Shown here in pieces: positions 35,110-46,796 of a stretch of DNA of 64,000 bases; position 1 is the first letter of the stretch; the number at the start of each line of letters is the position of its first letter. A program made the position numbers and the translations under genes. The notes beneath the pieces were generated by a model. The model was not told where the DNA came from. It was given only the letters and a program-made list of their open reading frames with translations, and did no database searches. Source of the DNA: Mobula hypostoma (Eukaryota); assembly GCF_963921235.1 (NCBI RefSeq), contig NC_086097.1, positions 127,908,001 through 127,972,000 on the forward strand, read 5' to 3'.

Positions 35110-36485
35110 TTACTTCAGTGGTTGGTAAGTAGGTGGAGAAGATCCTGAGAGGCAGGATTTATGACCATTTGGAGAAGCGCAATATATAAGTAGGAATAGT
35201 CAGCATGGCTTTGTCAAAGGCAGGTCATGCCATATGAGCCTGATTGAATTTTTTGAGGATGTGATTAAACACTTTGATGAAGGTAAGGCAGTAGTTGTAG
35301 TGTATATGGATTTCAGCAAGGCATTTGACAAGGCACCCCATGCAAGACTTATTGAGAAAGTAAGGAGGCATGGGATCCAAGGGGACATTGCTTGGTGGAT
35401 CCAGAACTGGGTTGTCCACAGAAGGCAAAGACTAGTTGTAGACAGGTCATATTCCGCATGGAGGTTGGTGACCAGTGGCGTGCCTCAGGGATATGTTCTG
35501 GGACCCCTACTCTTCGTGATTTTTATAAATGACCTGGATAAGGAAGTGGAGGGATGGGTTAGTAAATTTGCTGCTGACACAAAGGTTGGGGGTGTTGTGG
35601 GTAGTGTGGAGGGCTGTCAGAGTTTACAGTGGGACATTGATAGGATGCAAAACTGGGCTGAGAAGTGGTAAATGGAGTTCAACCCAGATAAATGTGAGGT
35701 GGTTCATTTTGGTAGGTCAAATATGACAGAATATCGTATTAATGGTAAGACTCTTGGCAGTGTGGAAGATCAGAGGGATCTTAGGGTCTGAGTCCATAGG
35801 ACCCTCAAAGCTGCTGCACAGGTTGATTCTGTGGTTAAGAAAGTACATGGTGCATCGGCCTTCATCAATCATGGGATTGAGTTTAGGAGCCAAGAGGCAA
35901 TCTTGCAGCTATATAGGACCCTGGTCAGACCCCACTTGGAGTACTGTGCTCAGTTCTGGTCGCCTCACTACAGGAAGGATGTGAAAACCATAGCAAGTGT
36001 GCAGAGGAGATTTACAAGGATGTTGCCCGGATTGGGAAGCATGCGTTATGAGAATAGGTTGAGTGAACTTGGCTTTTCTCCCTTGGAGTGACGGAGGATG
36101 AAAGGTGACCTGATAGAGGTGTATAAAATGATGAGAGGCATTGATCATGTGGATAGTCAGAGGCTTTTTCCAAGGGCTGAAATGGCTAGCACAAGAGGGC
36201 ACAGTTTTAAGGTGCTTGGAAGTAGGTACAGAAAAGATGTCAGGGGTAAGTTGTATTTTTTACACAGAGAGTGGTGAGTGTGTGGATGGGCTGCCGGCGA
36301 CGGTGGTGGAGGCAGATACGATAGGGTCTTTTAAGAGACTCCTGGACAGGTACATAGACCTCAGAAAAATAGAGGGCTATGGGTAACCCTAGGTAATTTC
36401 TAAGGTAAGGACATGTTTGACACAACTTAGTGGGCCAAAGGGTCTGTATTGTTCTGTAGGTTTTCTATGTTTCTGTGTTTCTGTG
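35110..36485 (+). mobile_element. CR1 LINE, 5'-truncated (RT to tail)
   Basis: QHGFVKGRSC...YMDFSKAFDK...SGVPQGYVLGPLLFVIFINDL...SKFAADTK...LYRTLVRPHLEYCAQFW, ending in a TTCTATG-type tail. Confidence 0.92.
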
Positions 36486-36709
36486 ACCTGTCTTAGCAGT
36501 CAGATTGCAGCAGAAGTTGACATGATTAATTGGGAAAAGTTAGTTAAAAGAAGCTGAGCTCAGAATCTTCTTGGCCTCTGGAATGGAAGAAAAGATTTTC
36601 ATTGCTTTTAGAGGCACTGGTCTTTAGCGGCATTTGAAACAGCTGATTTCTACGTATCATTGAAATCTATTCTGGGAGAATTGGGTTAGTGATGACTGAT
36701 GGCACATAT

Positions 36710-38120
36710 ATCAATCCTAGGCTAGTATGATGTTGTCCATATCACTGAATCATGGCTGAAAGAAGATTATAGCTGGGAGCTTAATGTCCAAGGATACACA
36801 TTGTTTCAAAAGACAGACATGAAGACAGGGCGCAGCTTGGCACTTTTGGTAAAAAATGAAATCAAATCATTAGAAAGAGGTGACATAGGGTTGGAAGGTA
36901 TTGAATCATTGTGGATAGAGTTAAGGAACTGCAAGAGTAAAAAGACCATGATGGACGTTGTATAAAGAGCCACAAACAGTAGTAAGGATGTGGTCTACGA
37001 AATGCATGCCAAAAGGGCAATATTACAATAGTCATGGGAGACTATATGTGGGTAGATTGGGGAAATTGGGTTGGTGCTGAATTCCAGGAAGGGGAATTTC
37101 TAGAGTGTCTATGAGATGGCTTTTTAGGACAGCTTGTGGTTAAGACCACGAGAGTATCAACTATTTTGGATTGGGTGTTGTGCAATGAACCGGAATTGAT
37201 TAAAGAGCTTAAGGTAAAAGGATGCTTAGGAGAAAGTGTTCATATGGAGAGGGAAGTAGTTTTGAGGAAGTAGAGAGGCTACAGAAGGACCTAGACAGAT
37301 TACGAGAATGGGCAAAGAAATGGCATGTGGTTTGCAGTGTCAGGAAGTGTAAGGTCTGCACTTCAGTAGAAAAAAATGAAAGGGTTGACTATTTTCTAAA
37401 TGGAGAGAATATACAGAAAACTGAGGCACAAAGGGACTTGTGAGTTCATGTGCAGGATTCCCTGAAGGTTAATTTGCAGGCTGAGTCTGTTGTGAGGAAG
37501 GAAAATGCAATGTTAAAATTCATTTCAAGAGGCCCAGAATGTAAAAGCAAGGATGTAATGTTGAGACTTTATAAAGCACCAGTGAGGCCTCATTTGGAGT
37601 ATGGTGAGCAGTTTGGGGCACCTTATCTTAGTAAGGATGTGCTGAAATTGGGGAGGTTCACGATAATGATTCCAGGATTGAATGGCTTGTCATATGAAGA
37701 GCTTTTGATGGCTCTGTGCCTGTATTCACTAGAATTCAGAAGATTGAGGGGTTACCTCATTGAAAGCTAGCAAATAGTGAAAGGCCTTGATAGAGTCGGT
37801 GTGGGGAAGATGTTTCCTATGGTGCGAGAGTCTAAGACCAGAGGATAAAGACTCAGAATAGAGGGATGTCCTTTTAGAACAGAGATGAGGAAGAATTTCT
37901 TCAGCCAGAGAGTGGTGTATCTGTGGAATTCTTTGACACAGGCAGCTATGGAGGCTAAGTCATTATATTGATAGATTATTGTTTGGTCAGGGGTTGAAGG
38001 GGTAAAGGGAGAAGGCAGGAGATTGAGTTTGAGAAGAAAATTGGATCAATCATGATGAAATCGTAGAGCAGACTTGATAGGTCTAATTCTGCTTCTATTT
38101 CTTGTGGTCTTATGGTCATA
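36710..38120 (+). mobile_element. CR1 LINE with large internal deletion (endonuclease joined to RT C-terminus)
   Basis: YDVVHITESWLK...IESLWIELRN...ILDWVLCNEPELI (APE) fused near 37240 to ERLQKDLDRLREWAKKW. Confidence 0.8.
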
Positions 38121-38702
38121 TGACAAAGCCAATCTTCATCCCTCTTGTTTTGATGCATTCTGATCTTCTGTTCTTTCTACCTTAATTGACAACTTTCTGC
38201 CCACTCTTTAACCTACCTGTGATCCTCTGCAACTCTGTCCAGCCACTTTCCCACCAGGTTTCCTACCAATAGAAACTTGGATATCTTGCACATTGTCCTT
38301 CCATCCATGACATTGATTATAAGAACATAAGAGCATAAGAAATAGGAGCAGGGGAAGGCCATCTGGCCCATTGACCCTACACCATCATTCAATAAGATCG
38401 TGGCTGATCTGACCATGGACCTATCTCCACCTATCTGCCTTTTCCCCATAACCCTTAATTCCCCTATTATCAAAAATCTATCCAACCTTGTCTTGAATAT
38501 GCTTACTGAGGTAGCTTCCACTGCCTCATTGGGCAGAGAATTCCACAGATTCACCACTCTTTGGGAAAACAGTTCCTCCTCATCTCCATCCTAAATTTAT
38601 TCCCTCGAATCTTGAGGCTATGTCCCCTAGTTCTAGTTTCACCTACCAGTGGAAACAACTTCCATGCCTTTATCTTATCTATCCCTTTCATAAGAGGTAT
38701 CG

Positions 38703-39508
38703 AAGGTTTCAAAGGTACAATTTAATGTTAGAGAAATGTATACAACATACATTCTGAAATGCTTTTTCTTCAAAACCATCCATGAAAACAGAAGAATGCC
38801 CTAAAGAATGAACGCAAAATACTCCCCCCCCCATCTCCCCTCCCACGCGTAAGCGGCAACAAGCAACAATCTCCCCTCCCCCCACCGGCAAAAAAAAGTA
38901 CCAGCACCGTCACCAAGCACTCAAGCGTGAGCAAAGCAACAGCAAAGACACGGACTTGCAGTTACCCCAAAGACTTCGTATTTCACCTGGTATTCGTCAT
39001 ACCACAGGTTCTCTCTCTCTCTAATAAGGGAGAAGGAGGTGTCTCTGTTTTCACAGCGAGCAGGGAGACATAACAAACAACTGCTGGTTTACGATGTTAA
39101 AAGTCCGCCATGTCGCTTTTTTTCAAACTCTGTGCCCAAAGTTTACGAATCTCTGGGCACAAGGCCGCAGATATTCCGATTCTCCCGATGACATACAGGT
39201 CTCCTGTCATGACACCGACCCTTGATCCATCCGTCTCCAGAGTCCTGAGATCCTGGGCTTCCAAAGCTGAGCTGAGTACTTAGCCCGAGACCTTGGCATG
39301 CTGAACAACAACGACCTGTTATGAAACCCCGAGAGCGGGTCCCATTCCCACAAAAAATCCATAGTCAGCATGTGACTCCGGGTCAGGGTCTTCAAAAGAA
39401 CCCTGAAAGGGAAAAATAAAGATATTAAAGATGGAAATAGAGCTGTTTCCGAAGATGCAAGCAAATGAGTTTCCATTTAGTGCCATTATCACTCCGCTCC
39501 ACCTTCTT
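38703..39508 (-). mobile_element. Non-coding retroposon (same family as 51880-52600)
   Basis: End-to-end homology with 51880-52600, e.g. TTGCTTGCATC.TCGGAAACAGCTCTATTT...TGTGGGAATGGG...TACATTTCTCT.A.ATTAAAT. Interrupts a CR1. Confidence 0.8.
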
Positions 39509-39960
39509 CAATTGTATATGTTTCTATCAGATCTTCTCTCATCCTTCTGAATTCCAGCGAGTACAGTCCCAGGTGACTCAATCTCTCCTCATAGTCTAAC
39601 CCCTTCATCTCTGGAATCAACCTGGTGAACCTCCTCTGCACTGCCTCCAAAGTCAGTATACCCTTCCTCAGGTAAGGAGACCAGGAATGCATGTGGTACT
39701 CCAGCTGTGACCTCACCAGTATACTATACAGTTGCAGCATAACCTCCCTGCTCTTAAATTCAATTCCTCTAGCAATGAAAGCCAATATTCCATTTGCCTT
39801 CTTGATAGTCTGCTGTACCTGCAAACCAACCTTTTGCGATGCATGCACAAGCACTCCCAAGTCATTCTGCACAGCAGCATGCTTCAAGCTTTTATCATTT
39901 CAATAATAAATTGATCTTCCATTTTTCCTTCTAAAGTGAATGATCTTACATTTACCAACG

Positions 39961-40817
39961 TCAGAGGTTATAGCAGGACATTGATAGGATGCAAAACTGG
40001 GCCGAGAAGTGGCAGATGAAGTTCAACCCAGATAAGTATGAAGTGGTTCATTTTGGTAGGTCAAATATGATGGCAGAATATAGTATTAATGGTAAGACTC
40101 TTGGCAGTGTGGAGGATCAGAGGGATCTTGGGGTCTGAGTCCATAGGACGCTCAAAGCAGCTGCGCAGGTTGACTCTGTGGTTAAGAAGGCGTACGGTGT
40201 ATTAGCCTTCATCAATCGTGGAATTGAATTTAGGAGCCAAGTGGTAATGTTGCAGCTAAATAGGACCCTGGTGAGACCCCACTTGGAGTAGTGTGCTCAG
40301 TTCTGGTTGCCTCACTACAGGAAAGATGTGGAAGCTATAGAAAGGGTGCAGAGGAGATTTACAAGGATGTTGCCTGGATTGGGGAGCATGCGTTATGAGA
40401 ATAGGTTGAGTGAACTCAGCCTTTTCTCCTTGGAGCGACGGAGGCTGAGAAGTGATCTGATAGAGGTGTATAAGATGTTGAGAAGCATTGATTGTGTGGA
40501 TAGTCAGAGACTTTTTCCCAGGGCTGGAATGGTTGACACAATAGGACACAGGTTTAAGGTGCTGGGGAGTAGGTACAGAGGAGATGTCAGGGGTTAGGTT
40601 TTTACTCAGAGAGTGGTGAGTGCATGGAATGGGCTGCTGGCAACGGTAGTGGAGGTGGATACGATAGGGTCTTTTAAGAGACTTTTGGATAGGTACATGA
40701 AGCTTAGAAAAATAGAGGACTATAGGTAAACCTAGTAATTTCTAAGTCAGGGACATGTTCGGCACAACTTTGTGGGCCGAAGGGCCTGTATTGTGCTATA
40801 GGTTTTCTATGTTTCTA
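39961..40817 (+). mobile_element. Young 5'-truncated CR1 inserted into the opposite-strand CR1
   Basis: Nearly identical to 35620-36480; the host sequence ttaccaac|...|aacattgtactcc rejoins across it. Confidence 0.9.
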
Positions 40818-40957
40818 ACATTGTACTCCATCTGCTAGACCCTTGCCCACTTTATCTCTCTGCAGACTCTCCGTATCCTCCACACAATTTGCTTTTCCAC
40901 TCAATTTAATTGTAAGTTGTGCATCATTTATAGGTTACTGATCCTTGTGGTACACTA

Positions 40958-41417
40958 CAGGCAGTCTCAGGATTACATAAGTGGTCTGTTCCTGAAAATT
41001 ATCTGTAAGACAATTTCTCTGTAAGTTAGAAATGTCTGCTTTCTATAACTACCCATATCATATCCCGAATACATTCATTCATCTCATTACATATTCAGCC
41101 TAACAGTACCTATAATTAAACTATTGGAATGTACATTGCATCCAGCTTTTAATGATTGCCGCAAAACATATTATTATTAATATGTAAAATGTATGTTAAT
41201 TTAAATCTGTTAACTTACGTTTGTCATGTTTTTAATGTACTGTGGTGCTGCAAAAAGCTGACTTTCATGGCACTTATACTTTGAATATAGGTTTATACCT
41301 TCCACAATAAACTTGAATTGTTATTACTATCCTGAAAAATGCTTTAAAAGTTACATGGGAGAAATTGTGTAAAGTCAAACTTTCATAAGTCAGCTCATTC
41401 ATAACCTGGGAGACCTG
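40958..41417. mobile_element. Tigger/mariner-type MITE
   Basis: Left end TA|CAGGCAGTCTCAGGATTAC resembles the right-end reverse complement CAGGTCTCCCAGGTTATG; AT-rich interior. Confidence 0.55.
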
Positions 41418-41544
41418 CACTATTAACAGATAGAAAATATGTGAAAAACTCATTCACAATTATCGAAACCTTATATAAAATCATTGGGGAATTAAAAATG
41501 GAAGGAACCCTATCATTGCAATTTTGCAGATTACAAGGCCATAT

Positions 41545-42470
41545 AAGACCTTGAGACCATAAGACATGGGAGCAGAATTAGGCCATGTGACCCATAGAGT
41601 CTGCTCCGTCATTAATTCATGGCCGATCCTTTTTTTTCTCCTTCTCAACCCCAGTTCCTGAACTTCTCCCCATAACCTTCGATGCCATGTCCAATCAAGA
41701 AACTATCAATCTCTGCCTTAAATACACCCAACTACCTGGCCTCCACAGATGCATGTGGCAACAAATTCCACAAATTCACCACACTGTAGCTAAAGAAATT
41801 TCTCCGCATCTCTGTTTTGAGAGGGCACCCCTCTGTCCTGAGGCTGTGCCCTCTTGTCCTAGACTCTCCCACCATGGGAAACATTCTTTCCACATCTATT
41901 CTGTCTCGATCTTTCAACATTTGAATGGTTTCGATGAGATATCCCCTCATCCTTCTGGATTCCAGTGAGTACAGATTCAGAGCCATCAAACGTTCCTTGT
42001 ATGATAACCCTCTCATTCCTGGAATCATCCTTGTGAACCTCCTCTGGATCCCCTCCATTGCCAGCACTTCTTCTCTAAGATGAAGGGCTCAAAACTGTTC
42101 ACAATACTCAAGATGACGCCTCACCAGTGCCTTAAAAAGCCTCAGCATCACATCCTTGCTCTTGTATTCTAGACCTCTTGAAATGAATGCTAACGTGGCA
42201 TTTGCTTTCCTCACCACCGACTCAGCCTGCAAGTTAACCTTCAGGGTGTTCTGCACAAGGACTCCCAAGTCCCTCTGCATCTCAGATTCCTGGATCTTCT
42301 CCCCATTTAGAAAACAGTCCGCACATTTATTTCTACTACCAAAGTGCATGACCATGCATTTTCCAACATTGTATTTCATTTGCCACTTTCTTGCCCATTC
42401 TCCTAATCTGTCTAAGTCCTTCTACATCCTACTTGTTTCCTCAACACTACCTGCCCTCCACCAATCTTCA
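41545..42470 (-). mobile_element. CR1 3' fragment
   Basis: ORFs 42089..42379 and 41732..42067 (QRDLGVLVQNTLKVNLQ..., IQRRFTRMIPGM...VVNLWNLLP). Confidence 0.9.
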
Positions 42471-42809
42471 GATGTACCTGTAACAAAGCTTGTGATCTAG
42501 GAAATCAAGTTGGCAGCAGCACACATTGCACTCCTGAGAAAGTAAATTCCTGTGAACAACATCACCAGTTATTTATTTGTCATTGGTTACAACGATGCAT
42601 AAACTGCACAAGATGGAAATAGAACTGAACATTTCAATTTTAGGTCAGGATAGTTAGGGAAACTTATTTCCTGTTTGTAGTTTGGAAATAGTCTACCATG
42701 AACCTTGTTGTAATGCTCACTGAATAACACCATCACATGCCAGGCTTGCTTCATGTAGTGCTATTTAATCTTTATTGGATTTTTTCAGATCTTCTCCAGT
42801 CTGTTACAC

Positions 42810-44230
42810 CATAAGACCATTAGACATAATAGTAGAATTATGCCATTCAACCCATTGAGTCTGCTCTGCTCGGCTCATTTATTATCTCTCTTAACCCCAT
42901 TCTCCTGCCTTCTCCCCGTAATCTTTGACACCCTGACTAATCATGAACCTATCAACTTCCGTTTTAAATATACCCAATGACTTGGCCTCTACAGCTGTCT
43001 GTGGCAATGAATTCCACAGATTCACCACTTCCTGTGTGAAGAAATTCCTCCTCATCTCTATTCTAAAGGGATGTCCTTCTTTCTGAGGGTGTGCCCTCAG
43101 GCCCTGGACTCTTACACTATAGGAAACTTCTTCTCTACTTCCACTCTTTCTTGGCATTTCAATCTTCAGTAGGTTTCAATGAGATCCCCCCTCACTCTTC
43201 TAAATTCCACCGAGTCCAGGCCCAGAGCCATCAAACTCTTCTCATGTGTTAGCCCTTTTATTCCTGGGATAATTCTCATGAACCTCCTCTGGACCCTCTC
43301 TGATGCCAGCACATCCTTTCTTAGATAAGGGCCCCTAAACTGGCCCCATTCCAAGTCTGGTCTGACTAATGCTTTATAAAACCTCAGCGTTAAATCCTCA
43401 CTTTTATACTCTACCCCTCTCAAAATAAGTGCTAACATTAAATTTGCTTTCCTTACTACAAAATCACCCCGCAATTTAATCTCTGGGGAATCCTGTATGA
43501 GGACTCCCAAGTCCCTTTGCAACCCTGGCTTCTGAATTTTCTCTCCATTTAGAAAACAGTCTATGCCATACTCCTTCCACTAAAGTGCAAGACCATACAC
43601 TTCCTTACACCGTCACTTCTTTACTCGATCTCCTTATCTGTCCAAGTCCTTTTGCAGACTTCCTACTTTCTCAGCAATACCTGCCCCTCCATCTATCTTT
43701 GTATCGTCTTCAAAGTTGACCACAAAGCCACCCATTCCATCAACCAGGTCACTGACATATAACATGAAAAGAAGCAGTCCCATACTGAGCCCTGCAGAAC
43801 ACCACTGGTCACCAGCAGCCAAACAGAAAAGACCCCTTTATTCCCACTCTTTGCCTCATGCCAGTCAGCCAGTCTTCTCTCCATGCTGGTATTTTTCCTG
43901 CAAAACCAAGGGCCCTTGTCTTGCTTAGTAACCTCCTTTGCAGCACTTTGTCAAAGGCCTTCTGAAAATCCAAGTAACCAACATCCGCTGACTCTCCTTT
44001 GTCTATCCTGCATGTTATTTCCACAAAGAATTCCAACAGATTTGATAGACAAGATTTATCCTTATGGAAACCATGCTGGCTTACACCTATTTTATCATGT
44101 GCCTCCAAGTACCCCAAAGCCTCAGCCTTAATAGTGGACTTCAATATCTTCCCAACCACTGAAGTCACGGTAACTGGTCTGTAAGTTCCTGTCTTTTGTC
44201 TCCCATCCTTCTTAAAGAGTGGAGTGATTT
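42810..44230 (-). mobile_element. CR1 fragment (RT to 3' end)
   Basis: TSVVGKIL...QHGFHKDKSCLSNLLEFF...YLDFQKAFDKV...NFEDDTKI...VNLWNSLPQ. Confidence 0.9.
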
Positions 44231-45199
44231 AAAGTTGTAAACATAATGGAATTTTTATTTCCATGTAAAAGGTAATATTTTTCATACAGCCTTTCATGGC
44301 TTTCGGTTGCCCCAAGCTCGTGGTCACAGATGTAACATGGTGCCCTAGTGGCTCATTTCAACAGAATAAGATCCCCTGAGAGCAATGTGATACAGTAATA
44401 TGTTTATAATGATAGTGAATGAGATATAAATATTAACGAAATAGCACGTTAGTAAAAAGAGAATTTGCTGGAGATACTGAACGAGTCGAGCAGTATCTGT
44501 AAGAAAAAAGAAGAAGAATCAATATTTTAGGTTGATAATCTTTTCTGTGATCTCTTTCTACAAATGCTGCCTGACCTGCTGATATTTCCAGCTTGTTCTG
44601 ATTTTGTTTCTGATTTCTGGCATCTGTACCCATTTGATATTTGAACAGGGTAAAACACGGCCTTCTGGTTTGTTTTACAACTATTTTAGAGGGCAGCCGA
44701 GGCCTTACTTTAACATTTTATCTAAAGGTCAACAGCAGTATTAGCCTGGGTTTTTCAGCTTGGGGTCAAGTGAGATATGAAGTCTGGAACTCCCAACAAA
44801 CAAACCACTGCTACCACTCAGAAGTCTCTGACGCTGAATCTCCCTGTAATGTATACTGTGGCTCCTTATTTCATAGATCATCTAATAATGCTCTATGAAT
44901 TTGCTTTATGTATTCTGCCAACACATTGAGGGTGGAAAATATGCATTATCCAACTGGCATGCTTTAGCCTTGGCGTAGCTATTCTCAATGTCATGAGTTC
45001 AATTGGTCCTTTGCCAATTCAAATGTCTGGGCTGCTGCACCACTTACTTGAATGAAAAGAAATCTTTAGTTAATTTTTATGTAATAGTAGTAGGCTGTTA
45101 GGTCCAACAGATCAATGTTAGAGTTTGTAGAATTATGGGATAATACAGAATGAAAACAGGCTCTTTGGCCCTCTGAGGCATGTTTAGACTACAGTGACC

Positions 45200-45450
45200 C
45201 TAACACTTTTAACTCTCTCCACATTCCCATCAACTTCTCCCAGATTCTACCACTTACCTATACACCTGATGCCAGTCACAGCAGGTAATTAACCTCCCAG
45301 TCTGCATGCCTTTGGGAAGTGGGCAGAAACTCTGTGTGGGAAGTGACACACGGAGACAGGGAAAATGTACAGACTATACACAGATAGCACCTGAGGTCAG
45401 GGTTGAACCTGGGTCACTGGAGCGGTGAGGCAGTAGCTCTCCTGTCACTT
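45200..45450 (-). mobile_element. HE1/V-SINE
   Basis: gatagcacctgaggtcagggttgaacctgggtcactggagcggtgaggcag head with V-domain body. Confidence 0.7.
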
Positions 45451-46796
45451 CCACTACCTTATCCTGTCCTTTCTCCCAATAATACTTACTTAAATCTCCA
45501 CAATCGGCATCTATGTTGTGCTCCCCAGCCTTTCCGAATCCCGTACCTTTGAGGATTGCCAGGAAGCCTATTTTTTTGGTTACGTATGCCACATGTCAGG
45601 CCAGCAACTAAGGGATGTACAGAAGTGACTGGATAAATAGTTCATTGAATTTTTTGGGGAAATAGAACTCTGCCAACTTCTCCATTCCAGTGTTCTGGTG
45701 TGAAAGAACTTCCACAGCGCCCAGGGGAAATTATTGGTGTGTTTAGTGATCGCTGTTCAAACTTGGTGCCTGGCCAATCAAATATGAGCATTTTTTTGGA
45801 GATTCAAGATTGCAGATACTGGAATCCGGATCAATATAAAACAAGTTGTCTGAAGAATTCAGTGGGCAGGCGGTGTCCGTGGAGGCAAAGGATAGCTGGT
45901 ATTTTAGATCAAGACCCTGCATTAGGACTGAGACTGCAAAGGGCAGTTAGCTGGTATAATGAGTTGAGGGTGAGAGATGAGGCAAGAGTTGGCAAGCGAG
46001 AGATGGATCTCAGTGAGGAGGGATTGACTGGAAGATAGAGTCAATGGGGCACTGAAAGGAAGGTGATTGCTGAGTACAACAAAGGGCTATGCACGATGCA
46101 TTCTGGTAAGAAAGGAAGGCAAGGAGTGAAGTCAGTTAACGGAGGGATGATGGGCAAGTGGGAAGAGTGGGGGAGGGGTGTGGGTGGGATGGATAGAGGA
46201 CTTGGTGGGTGAAGTGTGTGGATGGTTCTAGGTCGGGGATGGAAAGGCACTGAGTAACGGGGGCTGAGGGTGGGGATTGGAAAGAAGAGCGGTGTGAGGA
46301 AGGACTTGAGTGTCCTTACTTGAATCTTTGCTCCAGTTACCCAAAGAGCCAAGTTCATTATATCCTTACCTTCCATTTAAAAAATATACTATATTTATAT
46401 AAGATATACACAAAGAATACAGTTCACTCTTTACATTCACTGTTGCTTTATCCTTACAATGAGTCACTGCCACTCATGTTTTCCTCTTAAATAATACGCC
46501 TATAAGGTGATTGAGAAGCTATTGTACAGGACCCAGGCCCCCAGCATACACTGAGCTAGGACCTCAAACTGCTCCTTCCCCACAGAGCCTTAATGATGGT
46601 TTATCAAGAATCATTGTGTTCTTTAGAATGCTCTCCTATGCCTGGGACATGGCAGCAAACAGAATTCAACTGTGGAGATCTTGTTACACTGCAAGTTTTT
46701 AAGTTGAAGTTTTGCACAGACCAAGGAGTGTTTCTCTTGATAGTCTTCTGGCAGCAACTGATTTTTATCTCGTTATGAATACTTGGAAACTTCTTG

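Larger units (their letters stand above)
38325..40910 (-). mobile_element. Older CR1 3' part, split by two insertions
   Basis: Collinear pieces 40818-40910, 39510-39960 (DLGVLVHASQKV...LEAVQRRFTRLIP) and 38325-38695 (VVNLWNSLP...FKTRLDRFL). Confidence 0.85.

Noticed and set aside
39207..39476. Peptide similarity between ORFs 39207..39476 and 51921..52166 suggesting a small gene family
   Set aside because: Explained by nucleotide homology of two repeat copies. Start codons differ and the frame shifts between copies.
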